A DNA stretch of 53,060 bases, filler included, from Catajapyx aquilonaris (GCA_000934665.2; 2 parts of 2 records of this genome joined end to end with filler, not necessarily neighbours in it), one strand, 5' to 3'. Positions 12,711-24,530 are shown, counted from the first letter of the whole stretch. Translations and numbers: made by a program. Notes: a model not told the origin generated them from the letters alone.

Positions 12711-12995
12711 CCTGTGGTCCATTATTAGCTCTGGGGACCAAAATCGGTGTTTTCACCGTAACTCCGGGGACAGGACCTGACTCTGGGGACATTTCTCAGT
12801 CCCCACACCGATACACACGGTATTTGACACTATTACTGTGGGGATGCGTCCCCACAGTTACGTATAGCACCATTTTACAAAAGTCCAGTTATCTCAGCCT
12901 AGGTTAGTTTGGGTAAGGTAGGTTAGGGTAGGTTAGCTTACACTAGCGTCGAAAAGGGTGTGTTTCCCAAGTCCCCATAGGTATTGGACCACAGG
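12711..12995 (+). mobile_element. Non-autonomous TIR element with internal TTAGG tract (copy 2)
   Basis: cctgtggtccattattagctctggggac ... gtccccataggtattggaccacagg, flanked by tgtgtg. Confidence 0.7.
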
Positions 12996-13829
12996 TCTAT
13001 GTGTGTGCCCAGTTAGTGGTTATATTTGACAAATTATTGTGCGTGGCTAATGGTGTTGGATTTTTATTATTTAAACATGATGCTGGGATCCCACACCTAG
13101 TTACTCGGGTTGCATTAATTGCGCTATGTTTACAATCCGCACATTTCACATCCCCTTGATGCCAACACTGCAACAGAGAGTGGAAAAAGGGTTAGAGTAC
13201 TGTACATGGGCGGTATCCACGTTAAAACATCACCATAATGATTTTAGTTCGACGTATCTTATATAATGACAGCGCACTCTTTTTATCATTAGTATCACGT
13301 TTGTGAGTTATGTTACGCATTAAAATGCATGGTGTTGCTAATGTTCCAGAGAGGCCTTATTCCGGTGGTCCTGAAAAGGGAAACGAGGCACGTATTTCGT
13401 GTTGTTTGCATGGACCGAGCTGAAGGTATAGTTACGTGAGACGCTGACCTTGTATCGATCAGGATGGGGTGTCATTTTCATATGCAAATGTTGGGCCCAT
13501 GATTAGGAAAAGGCAACCTTCCATGGAATACCTGATGGATTCGTCCCACACCTTTGACATGCCTATCGGCTTACCCACAGCATTGTAATCAGTGCAGGGC
13601 TAATATCACCACTTTGCATGGAGCACCCTTGAATTGTGGGAAAGGTCAACGTTGTGTAGCTCGGAACCGAAAATCTTGAGGGTCATGCCCTGAATTTTAT
13701 ATGGATCCTAATGTTGTTGACAAAACGATTGCAGAATTTTGATTGCTCGCATTACGGCCCCTGTGAAATTATTGCATTTCCAAATCAAGTGTTTTGTGAA
13801 AATTTACCTACCCCGAATGTTTCATCAGA

Positions 13830-13830
<1 letters not shown>

Positions 13831-13896
<66 letters not shown>

Positions 13897-13909
13897 CAAC
13901 AACAATAAC
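13831..13909. repeat. (AAT)n/(AAC)n microsatellite
   Basis: Direct reading of the sequence. Confidence 0.95.
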
Positions 13910-14616
13910 AGCTTCGCGTCTTTTTCCTAAACATAGCCAGTCATTTAGGATATCCAAGTCAATGATAAAATATGCTTCAAATCATTATCCTATAAGCTAA
14001 TCCAAACCGTATAAATTAATAAACTAATAACTTCAATCTAAACAATTACCTAACAGTCGTATATATGGGCAGCTTTCTGCTCTTGGCTATTGCTCATCTA
14101 TATCAACAACTGTTTCTACACTTAACAAACATGATAAATACTACAAGCACTGTACACAATTCCAGCACGTTGATCACCCACCCTTAATTAATTACATTAA
14201 TTACACCTATCTAAGCATCTGAATTTAGCATGCGCCTACTACAAGTAGCAAATAAACTATTACTGAGGTTTATAACCACTCATTACTTTTTGTTGGCTTC
14301 TAACTTGCACAGGCTTGTGCATGCAGATGCATAATTCGATCGTTGAGTACAGAAAACATTCCAACCAACTGCGTCTGTGCATCAGGCACCTATCAAAATC
14401 CTAGGTCAAAACCACGCTGTACTCTAGAGGTAGGAAACCAAAAACCAAGAGTGCGTTTGCCACTGGCAAGAACCAAACAGCAAGGTCATTACTAGAACGA
14501 GTAATGTGTCTCATTAAACTAATCTAAAGGATGAAATTAGTTTAGAGGACAATGAAGATAACGTGTCAAGTGAACAAACCTAAGGCATTTGTTAATCCCC
14601 AACTTCAATGAATATA

Positions 14617-14790
14617 CAGTGGGCCTCCGTTATCCGTGGGTTCGTCATCCTCGGTTTCAGTTATCCCCTGTTTGAAAGTAGGATATTAAATATATATGAA
14701 TAAAAATATGAAATGTAAAAACTTACATATGGTTCAGTTTATCCGCGGGGGGCTTGGAACCAATTACCCGTGGATAATGGGACCTCACTG
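14617..14790. mobile_element. Tigger/pogo-like MITE
   Basis: TA-cagtgggcctccgttatcc ... ggataatgggacctcactg-TA, with internal repeated tatccg motifs. Confidence 0.7.
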
Positions 14791-16105
14791 TAGCTACTGC
14801 AATCAAAAATATTGCAAAACAAACAAATGCATCTTGCCATTTCCCTAAGACATGAGAAAACTCTCCTTAATCACAAATGACTACATAATATGCATACTCA
14901 AACTGTCACGCAATGTAACTGTCACACACTTAATTAACGTACTGTACGCCGTTTGCACTTATTCAAACAAGTATAACCTTTGCCTCGGCGACATCCATGT
15001 CCCATAGCTATGATACAGTATGTGTTCTCTGGACCATCTCTTATTTACTGTACGAGATGGACAGGGAGGACCTCAAATTAGAGTCGCGGTACGGGTTGAT
15101 AGAAATAGGACAATGAGCAGGTGCCTTCAAAACGATAACGTGATTGTTGCGGAGATCGTCAGTACGACCTCACTGGCCATACTCATTAGGCCATACAGTA
15201 CAATACGTCATACTGGTAAGGGGGTTGGTTCTAGCGTGGAGGACCGTGACGTGGGGGTCAAGGATGGTGGTTTGCAGACCATGAAGCCATGAGTAATAAT
15301 GCAAAGGTATTAAATCATTCATCGTTGAGCTTAATGAGCGTTTATAAATAACATCCTTTATGTTACACAGTTATAGGTATCCTGGTTCCCTCTGCTGAAG
15401 AAATTAGTCGGTCCAGAATAAAGTCCAGGAACTCCTTATGCTTACGCGTACAGTGTGCAAATAAAAAAAGGCAATATTGTTAAGGGTAACATAACGAAAA
15501 TACAGAGATGGGGGAGTCCACGGCATCGTGACATTTAGCCTGTATTTGTTGCCATGCGTGACTGTGCGTGACATAGAGGTAGGAAGATGAAGAAAATCAG
15601 CCTGACGTATACTTCACGAATAACTACTTCAACTTTGATGTAATCTGTGCGTCATGTTACTGCAAGTGTTATACAGTAGGAAACAAATGCCAGCTCAGAT
15701 CAGTAGTGATGGAAATCTCGCGGACACTCCTTTCTTTTCAAGTATCGCGAGCCCATTACGGTAAATGGGCTATCCTGTGGCATGTATAAACTCATGGTCA
15801 CAGGTGAAATAAAGCGCAAATGTCGTAAATTTCACCAATAAGGATTTGAGTTGACTTTTAATGCTCACATGCACCTGCTAGTGCTAACTAGTCCGTTAGG
15901 CCAGATTGCACCATCGCAGTTCAAAGATAAATGTAAGACCTAACGTGACATTACTTTCACTCAAAACAACCACAATAACCTAACGAACAAATCTATCAAC
16001 AACATGCACAGGACAGGAACTTAAAAGCAATGTAATCACTGCAAACACGTCACGAAAAAAATTATGACTATCGACATTTTTTCAATCAAGACCAGTGCAC
16101 ACAGA

Positions 16106-16366
16106 CTTGCGCTCAATAAGCTATGGGGACGTTGAAAACTCAACTTTTCGAAGCTAGTGTAAACTAACCTAACCTAACCTAACTAAACTAGGCTGAGAGA
16201 AATGGACTTTTGTGAAACCCTGCAACGCGAAATTGTGGCCCCACTATAACGGTAACGTTTTGGTGTGTGAAGATGTAGGGACCCAAAATCTCCCCACAAG
16301 AGAAATTGTGGGGACAATAGTCCCCACAGTTACAGTAAAACAGTCCCACAGCTTATTGAAGACAAG
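16106..16366 (-). mobile_element. Non-autonomous TIR element with internal CCTAA tract (copy 3, reverse orientation)
   Basis: cttgcgctcaataagctatggggac ... gtcccacagcttattgaagacaag; aactaacctaacctaacctaac followed by ctaggctgag. Confidence 0.7.
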
Positions 16367-17172
16367 AACAAACTTTTCCCACCAAATCTATATAGAAACC
16401 CTGTTTCAAACACAACCCACACAACTCGCGTGCAAAACATATCCCACATTACCTGAAAATTGCGAAAGTTACCCCCCGTTCCCCATACGAGGAAAATACG
16501 CCATCACCTCTGAAAAGGAAAAAAAAAAAAAATGGAAGTGGGGGGATTTCGGTGTAACAATATTTCTCAGCAATAGCGAGCTAGCAATTTTTCTCTTCCA
16601 CCTCCCTCCCCTACCCCCCTCACCCCTTCGCATNCCCCCCCCCCCCCCCCTTTTCCCCAACCTACTCCCACCTCGCTGACTCGGAAAGGCGGCCCTGCCG
16701 GATCGACAAACTGGGCTGAACACGAAGCCACCATCATTATTAATTCCTAGTAACGGGAAGCCGAGGTTTGTTGAGAATATTGACACCTCGCCGAGAGCAT
16801 CCAGTCCGGAATATATTAATGCTAGGAAATCTTTCACGGACTTCAAGTGTGGAAATTTTACTCTCTGCTCGTATTCATCAATGTGTGAATAATTGTGTTA
16901 AGATTGTGAGATAATATTGGCGATGTTTTTAGGTACTCGGTCACATTCTGCCTATAGGTAGAATATAACCCTTCAAGGCCTTATGCTGTAATATAGCTCA
17001 GGTTTGGCTTTATCATTTTCTTTAATTAATGGCCCAAATAACGCCAAATATTTTATTTAAAAAACCTACCGCTCTAATTTAACGGCCGGTTGCATAACGT
17101 AAGGTAAACACAATAAAAGTTGATTTTCATTCACTTGCGAACGATAAACCATGCCAGAAAGTTGGTGGATGC

Positions 17173-17502
17173 GGGGAGGTGGGGTGCCTTGCTGAGTGAA
17201 AGGTCCCAGGTTCGATCCTTGCCTGGGATTTCCCTTTCACCTGCGTCGGGAGGGTCTCTGACCCGCACCTTGAAGGTGTCTGGCAACCTAACCTCCTGGG
17301 GAACAGCACATGACCCATTTATCGGTCGGTATCGCACTTGCACCTACGTTCCCTCCCCAACAATCCCTATCCTTACCCATTGTCCTTGATTTCCCTGCAC
17401 CGGAGTCAGAAGAAAAACTGCAGAAAAATTATTATAAATGAAATGGTGGTAATCCACCCCCCTCAAAGGGCTCAGCCCCCTCTAATGGGGTACAATAAAA
17501 AA
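17173..17502 (+). mobile_element. tRNA-derived SINE, family B, A box deleted
   Basis: Perfect 18-bp TSD cagaaagttggtggatgc (17155-17172, 17503-17520); B box ggttcgatcct; body matches 10395-10897 without the nested insert. Confidence 0.9.
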
Positions 17503-17669
17503 CAGAAAGTTGGTGGATGCATTTTTGTCAAAAGGTTAAAAATATTTGACAAAAAATTACAGCGGTACGTTTGCCAAAATATTATCCATGCTACAGAGGT
17601 CTAAATATTCGGATGCAAAGGTGTGGATCACGGTCATATAAGTAAGGTCTGGTCACTCCCACCCGCCCC

Positions 17670-17961
17670 CTGCCGGGGCGTTTTGCATCGGGCGCTCACC
17701 TGAGAGCGCCATGAGACATTTCGAGGCCACGATAAGTGGCGACCCTACCGGACAATAGGCTGAACTTTATAGATACGAAGGGGAGGGCTACATTGGGGGG
17801 CCCAACATGGCCGCCGGCGGCCATGTTGGGCCAGTATGTAGCCCTCCCCTTTCTTACCTATAAAGTTCAGCCTATAGTCCGGTAGGGTCGCTACTTATCG
17901 TGGCCTCCGATATGACTCCTGGCGCTCTCCGGCGAGCACCCGCTGCAAAATGCCTCGGCAG
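17670..17961. repeat. ~290-bp loopless GC-rich palindrome (foldback element)
   Basis: Arms pair from ctgccggggcgttttgca to tgcaaaatgcctcggcag; centre cccaacatggccgccggcggccatgttggg has no spacer. Confidence 0.85.
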
Positions 17962-19165
17962 CTGATAACGCCAGAATGTAGTATAAGTGTCCGTGGGCTG
18001 GTGTGGATGGTCATTACGCATTTGACAATAAATTGAACTTGCAAAAATGTGGTTAAATATTTTGTGGTGATATCTTACTTACACTACCAGGCAAGTGTCA
18101 TTATTGTAGAGTAGGGTCAGGGTGCGGAACACTCCTTTCTTTGTTGACATCAATAGAACCATTCAGGTTTATTTACGAAATTGTGATAATATACTTAAAC
18201 TCCCTAATGACAAGCCTCTATTATTTTCCTTATTTATAATTTTGGGGGGTAGAGTCGGTAAAACAAGTGCTGTGTTGTCATTGAGGTGTATGAGCACCAA
18301 GTGTTTTCAAACTCTGTTTCTCAAGCAAGTCTATGCAAGGCAATGGTAGTTTGGGTTTCAGGTGACATACCACTGATTACTGATACCAGTATGTTTCTGT
18401 CGCTTGTGAACTTAAAGGTGATCACTTTTCAAATCGTGAAATCGAGTGTGCAGCCAGGTGTATACGTCTGTCCAGAACCATTAACACACTTCTCCGCGTA
18501 AAACTGTAACAACTATAATTATCTACTGCAGTATTAATTCATTAACAAAACAGCAGTAGCTGTCAAAGAAAAATGGACCAAAACAACAATAACACAACAC
18601 ATAAGTCAGTGTACTATATAGATTGCATAAACCCATATCCACTTTTTTGCAGTTGGTGAAATGATATTTTCATATATACAAGGTGGTATACAAGGGAGAA
18701 ATTCTAATTTATTTTGTCGATTTTGGCTCAATGAAGGAGATTTGAAATGCCATGATCTCACTGCTGGTCTAATCTGTGCTAGAATGCCCGAGCGGGAGAA
18801 AGGGGATAATGACGATGTTGGGCCCTACTTATTGCGTACAGTATTCCATACGTTTGAAAAATTCCTCCTTTTTAACTACTGTAGAAAATTGTGAAACAAC
18901 CATAAAGCCGCAATAATTCTTTTATGGGAGAAAATATTCACATCTACAAGAGCAAGTTTGATGGCTCACTCTAAAACCTCTATGAACAATATATGAGTAT
19001 GTGACTCAAAAAATAAGCTGTCATCTACCAAAGCCATAAAATTAAAATTAGCGATGTATTTGCATAAGAGCAGCCATATTTGGTGACAGGAGTTGTGACC
19101 CGTACAAGATTCAATATGTTCAGTTTCAATCCTGGATCATGCATGGCTCGCGAGAAAATAATATA

Positions 19166-20309
19166 CAGGGTGGACGGAAAGTTTCGGACCCCCCCAGGTT
19201 TTTTAACCCTACTTTTCACAGCGTCTTTTCACATCTTTTAAAAGTCCACAAGCAGTTCTAATGTACACTATCTTTTGAAGCATAATCTTGAGAACATCTG
19301 AGCACCTTCGCTCTCGCAATTCCATTAATAACTTCGCCTCTGTGACTCATCTAAACATCCTATCTGTTTTGCGTTTATTTTGCTTGTTGCCTTGGAGGAC
19401 CGCTGGTCATATTCTGCGTCAGATAAGGTTTTTATGACCCTTTTCCATGAGTTCCCTTTCACGCAAATGTTGTGAACTCACTCCTGACCTTATTTTTCAC
19501 ATTGGTCCATAACCTGGTCCAATACAAATTTGAAAAGGAATGCATGAAATGGCGGACCCGGATGCATTACTTTCGAATTGGTATCATCAGTCCAAAAAGA
19601 ATTGTCCCTCGCGTCGAGCGGGCAGCCACGCGTCAGGATGAAAGGAACCAGTTAACTGGTTGCTTTCATCCTGACGCGTGGCTGCCCGCTCGACGCGAGG
19701 GACAATTCTTTTTGAACATACCATCACATTTGTCTCCATTTTTACTTTAAAATAATTTTTTGGTGGGAAAGGACAGTAAACAGTCCTACCTTGGTAAATT
19801 AATCAACATGACACATCCTTTCGTTCACGTCCTTTCGCACCAAAAAATTATTTTAAAGTAAAAATGGATACAAATGTGATGGTACCAATGTGAGAATTCG
19901 AAAGTAATGCATCCGGGTCCGCCATTTCATGCATTCCTTTTCAAATTTGTATTGGACCAGGTTATGGACCAATGCGAAAAATAAGGTCAGGAGTGAGTTC
20001 ACAACATTTGCATGAAGGGGAACTCATGGAAAAGGGTCATAAAAACCTTATCAGACGCAGAATATGACCAGGGGTCCTCCAAGGCAACAAGCAAAATAAA
20101 CGTAAAACAGATAGGATGTTTAGATGAGTCACAGAGGCGAAGTTATTAATGGAATTGCGAGAGCGAAGGTGCTCAGATGTTCTCGAGATTATATGCTTCA
20201 AAAGATAGTGTACATTAGAACTGCTTTTGGACTTTTAAAAGATGTGAAAAGACGCTGTGAAAAGTAGGGTTAAAAAACCTGGGGGGTCCGAAACTTTCCG
20301 TCCACCCTG
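19166..20309. mobile_element. Long foldback Tc1/mariner-type MITE (~1.14 kb, ~480-bp arms)
   Basis: TA-cagggtggacggaaagtttcggacccccc ... ggggggtccgaaactttccgtccaccctg-TA; arms nearly identical, ~55-bp central spacer; left arm interrupted by a second element. Confidence 0.92.
19590..19718. mobile_element. Small palindromic MITE nested in the left arm of the 19166-20309 element
   Basis: ~120-bp near-perfect palindrome centred on cagttaactg; flanked by tatcatca (19582-19589) and taccatca (19719-19726); absent from the right arm. Confidence 0.8.
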
Positions 20310-20769
20310 TATAATTATGTTTGCCGAATTACCATTAATTTTAATGAAGCCAAATTCTTGGACATGTGACTGATGAAATGCCACACATGTGTTTCTGAGT
20401 GCATTTTCCAGAAAAACAAATTTCATAGGCCCATTCTACTCGCGTTTCTCTTTCATTTGATGTATATGTTGATTGGGTTTTGACCACTTCCAATGACCGA
20501 AAAGAATTGTCCAAAAAGGCCTCATTTTCAAAATTTCGCGATTTTTTCCCTCCCCACGGTATTTCGAAATTTGGCTGAAACTTGATAATATATAGTGTTA
20601 CGGCATAGGTGAGTACAGCTGCAGTCCAGCTGTGATTATTTTCAGAAAAATCCGAGATGGTCTAGCAACATTTGGGCAGTACATACCATGGGGCACAGTA
20701 CATGCCACAATAATTAAAACCAATACTGTTGTCAGCATAGGTTTTTATTTATCAACATCAGTACCACAT

Positions 20770-22354
20770 GTGGCAAAGGGCAGGTCCACATAGAAATGTC
20801 GGCATGAGGCTCTGCAAATCATTGTATTTCGCTTGCGAAATTGGCAGTCATCGCCCTGGATACATCTGACGAGACTGACCGGGAGGTGCTACATACCTCT
20901 TCACAACAATCGACAATTCCCGCGGCCCATCAAAAGTGTTCCTGTGAAAGATCAGCTTGAGTTCGCTTTCAAGGATCTTCTTCTCTCTGCTTTTCTGAAT
21001 AGGAAATGGGCATTTGGAGGCATAGAGTTTTTGTAGGTATGAATTACGGAAAAGGATTCGGCTTACGACGTGCATCTGCAAAAATCGTGGCCCAGTCGGT
21101 TCAAGGAACAAACGTTTCAGAACGCTGGTTTTTCAAGCCAAATTCTTTGTCACACTAGTCCATGTAGGCCTAATTGTGACCTCTAATGGTAAATATGTCA
21201 CTTGGATTGTTAGAAACCTATGCACAAACAACTGTAGCATGATACATGGGGCCTCTGATGATTATGTAGTTTTTATTTTGCCCCCCATTTGCAAAAACCG
21301 TTGACTGTCGCCGAGTGCAAGGGTGGACGTTGATCATTTCCCCCCCAAAGGTGCTGGACGTTGATCGTTCTTCCAACAATGCCAAATATTTCAAAGCCTC
21401 TCATAGCGATCATTTCACCACAACAACGACCAAACCATCATATTCTACGCTGGTCAAACTATCCCATGGAATATGTTACTCATTTTTGACAAAAAGTGGA
21501 CCTTGATCGTTTTCCTCCCGAGGTCTTCCATTGATAATGAGGTGGCCAGGTGTAACTTGGACTCCGCTGGCTACCCCTGTGTGGGATTTATGCCATGAAG
21601 TGTATGTATGTATAATTAAATACCGGTAATTATTTCAACAATAGTGAATGAATATTTTAACAATTTGCGTGTGGAAAATTGAGAAAAAAGTAAATGAATA
21701 GCGAGTAGCGGTTAGAGTAGCCGGTACCTTTAATAGCGTTTATGTCCCTGCTCTTGCGGCAGTTACTTTTCGCGATGGGATTAACTGCTCTTTTTCAGAA
21801 GCGGCTCTTTTAAAAGGCGATTGCTCTTTCGAACGGCCATATTATGCTGAAGTTAAGATTTAGCACGGTTAATAAATTATTTTTAACACAACGAAACCCT
21901 TAACATAACACCTACTTTTTCCTCACACGTACCAGAAGTCCAAAATAAGGGAAGGCATTTTTTATTGATTTGTCCATGTAGTTCCGCTTACCTTACCACA
22001 TGTTTCACTAGCAAAAGGGCCACATCCACCAATTTTTTAAATTTCAAAAATGGGATTCCAAAATAAAGTCGTTAAAGACCAAACTATCTACCCACGTCAA
22101 TGGTGGCATTCAACAAGCTTTTGGACCCTGGAATGAAGTACACAAAAATGGGTTAAGAAGTTTATCTGCCACTTTATGCGATTTTACAGTATTTAATTTG
22201 GCTACAGGTGAGCCAAATTCCACGCACAAATAAACCACAGAACAAATACTGTAATCTAAGAACTCAAAAATAGCCAATAGCTCATCATCATCATCATCAA
22301 ATATTCATTACTTTTGGCTAGCTTCCTGTTCTTTCTCTTGTACCTTCTTTCTTC
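20770..22354 (-). mobile_element. Heavily decayed DDE transposase remnant, Sola1-like
   Basis: Frameshifted motifs in the expected order on the minus strand: VFNDFY, LHGI, GQNK(N), RGHN(Y)M-CDKEFGL, FVP-DW..IFADARRKPNPF, PISQAKYNDLQSL, FYVDLP. Family call is from motif memory and needs an HMM search. Confidence 0.55.
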
Positions 22355-24325
22355 GGAAAGTCTATCGTTTATCCGCACATAGCGACGCGACGGGGTTGGG
22401 ACTCGAAACATGTTGGCTACGGTCGCAAACAATCGGTTGCCGGGGGAGCCCAACAAAGGGCGTCTTCTTACCCCTGCCACGCGAACTGATCAGACGAGTG
22501 CTAGGACCACAATATTAATGAAGGAGGTGGGAAATATGAAAGCCATGATGGTTACTGCAGTCCGTTAACCCAGCGAACGACATGATGTCACACCATATTA
22601 AAGGGGTGTGTTATGAGCGTGTGCAGTAGTATGCCTGCAGAGTGAGTCGTGGGCATGATTGGAGGGGAGAGCCAGGTGGAGGCGGCGGAACTTGGTGTCA
22701 TGTTGTTCGTTGGTGTAAAGGACTGTGTGATGGTGTACTTCGCGCTTGGCAAAGCCACAATTATGTTCGTTGGCCTGCGGCGCACAATGAGGACCGCATT
22801 GTAGGCCTATACAAATCCACAATAAGTGCCCAGCTCCGCTATCGCTCTGCAAAAACTAAAAATATCACGCACGGGCGACGTACCGTGCCTGGCAGGGCCA
22901 CAACAAAAAACCATACAGCAACACCAAGACAAAGGGCTATTAAATCTCGATTTGAATCCCCGAAAGCCAGAAAAGAAGAATAAAGAACAGTTCCATATGT
23001 AACAAAGTTTTTACTTTTTTCACACAGGATACAGCTTTGAGCAAACGGACACAAATCCTGTGAATGGATCCCTTCCAGTCCTTTTCATTTCCCTCCGCCA
23101 CAGGTAGGCCTACTCCACCAAGTGAAGAAAGAAATTGGCCTTCGGTATTCCCCCCTTTCCCACTTTTGCCTTTAAGGGGCGCCATTGCGACTCTATCGCC
23201 TGAGTGTTGGCCCAAGTCAAAGGATCCACAAAGTGGAGGGAGTGGTTAACAGTGAGGTGATTGTACCCAGCAGCATTAACCCCATTATAACCCCCCCACA
23301 TATCTGTCATGACAGTTGTTCCGGGTTCAACATTGTTCTTTATGATGTTCATAAGCGTTTTGCCATCCCTTTTGTTGTCTGGACATATGACAATTCGGAA
23401 TCTGCCTCCTACACGACCAGAAGGTTGACTCTCTCCTACTTCCACTATTCCCACCAACCAATGGCCATCCACAGCCCTCCCCTTGTAGTACTTCCGCTTT
23501 CCTGAGGAAGGAATAAAGTATTGACAAGTAAAATAAAAGAAAGGGTGAAGGATGTAAACACTAACCGATTTTGGTTTCGTCAATTTCTACAACGTAACCT
23601 GGACCTCCAATTCTTCCTTCTTCATTGTATATCCCCTCTAACCAAGCAAAGCACATCTCCCTGAACTGGAGTAGGTATCGGGAAATGGTATTAGGAGAGG
23701 CTTGACTGTTTCCAACACCAATCTCCGACATCAAGAAGTCATAGGTCGTGTGCCCTCTTGTGAAATGAAGAAATAGCATGAGTACATTCGGAGCACCAAT
23801 GTTACAGTTTTCGAAGATGCTGCCCTTGAACACCGTCTTGGACCATCGCATTCCCTGCTTGTTACACCTCCAATACACATTTCCATCTGCAGTAGAAATT
23901 TAGGAAGACATGATAGTGAGAAAAAAAATGATGAAAATAACCTTGACACTTACCAGGATCGTAATACACGTAGGCCTCCTCTCCGCATCGTTCGCATCTA
24001 CAAGTCTTGCCTACAAGACCCACCTCCATACACCACCCCACTATGCCCTTCATGCCGCCTTGGCACATTGAGAAAAAATCCCAGGTGTTCATGTCAGTAG
24101 TTGCACACACACTCCGTCACTCGACCTAATGGAACACTACTGACCTGCTACTGACACTGTGGTTTGCCAAGACATAGCAACCACGATAGCAACCGTGAAG
24201 GCATTCGAATTTGGCTGGCGGCAGTAGTATGAAGGCACCCGATTGTTTGCTACGCAACGTTGCCAACCGTCGAGTTGCCCAACACCGACCGCGTTGTTAA
24301 CGTGCGGATAAACAATAGTTTATCC
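22355..24325 (-). mobile_element. Merlin (IS1595/ISXO2-like) DNA transposon, ~1.97 kb
   Basis: Imperfect ~85-bp TIRs beginning GG (ggaaagtctatcgtttatccgcac... versus reverse complement ggataaactattgtttatccgcac...); degenerate 8-bp flanks ctttcttc/ctttccca; encloses an IS1595-type transposase. Confidence 0.88.
23020..24092 (-). pseudogene. Merlin DDE transposase, 3 exons (24092-23954, 23886-23566, 23501-23020), premature TAG at 23112-23110
   Basis: Zn-ribbon-like CERC...WRC; IGGPGYVVEIDETKIG|KRKYYKGR; VMTDMWGGY; HLTVNHS..FVDP..ANTQAIESQW; the frame continues past the stop as YLWRR...DPF to TGA. Two short phase-1 GT-AG introns join the frames. About 311 aa if the 6-bp insertion is removed. Confidence 0.9.
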
Positions 24326-24530
24326 CTTTCCCAATTGTCTTCCTAAGTCTTTGTCTCTGGGACTTATACTTCCAGCCTAGTTTCCTGACAGCAACATTTC
24401 TCTGAGCTGCTGAGGATGTAGGTCTACTTTTTGAAGTCACCTTGGTCGGAGTTGAGCATGCTGGGTCACCTGAATAAGGGAGTTGTTTTGTTCGTTTCTG
24501 GAGTGCAATCATATTGCATTCATGAATATA

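Noticed and set aside
13739..13930. Poly-Asn ORF
   Set aside because: Translation of the AAT microsatellite
23110..23583. Bacterial IS1595 contamination or recent horizontal transfer
   Set aside because: Two spliceosomal introns are needed to assemble the ORF and the flanks are eukaryotic repeats
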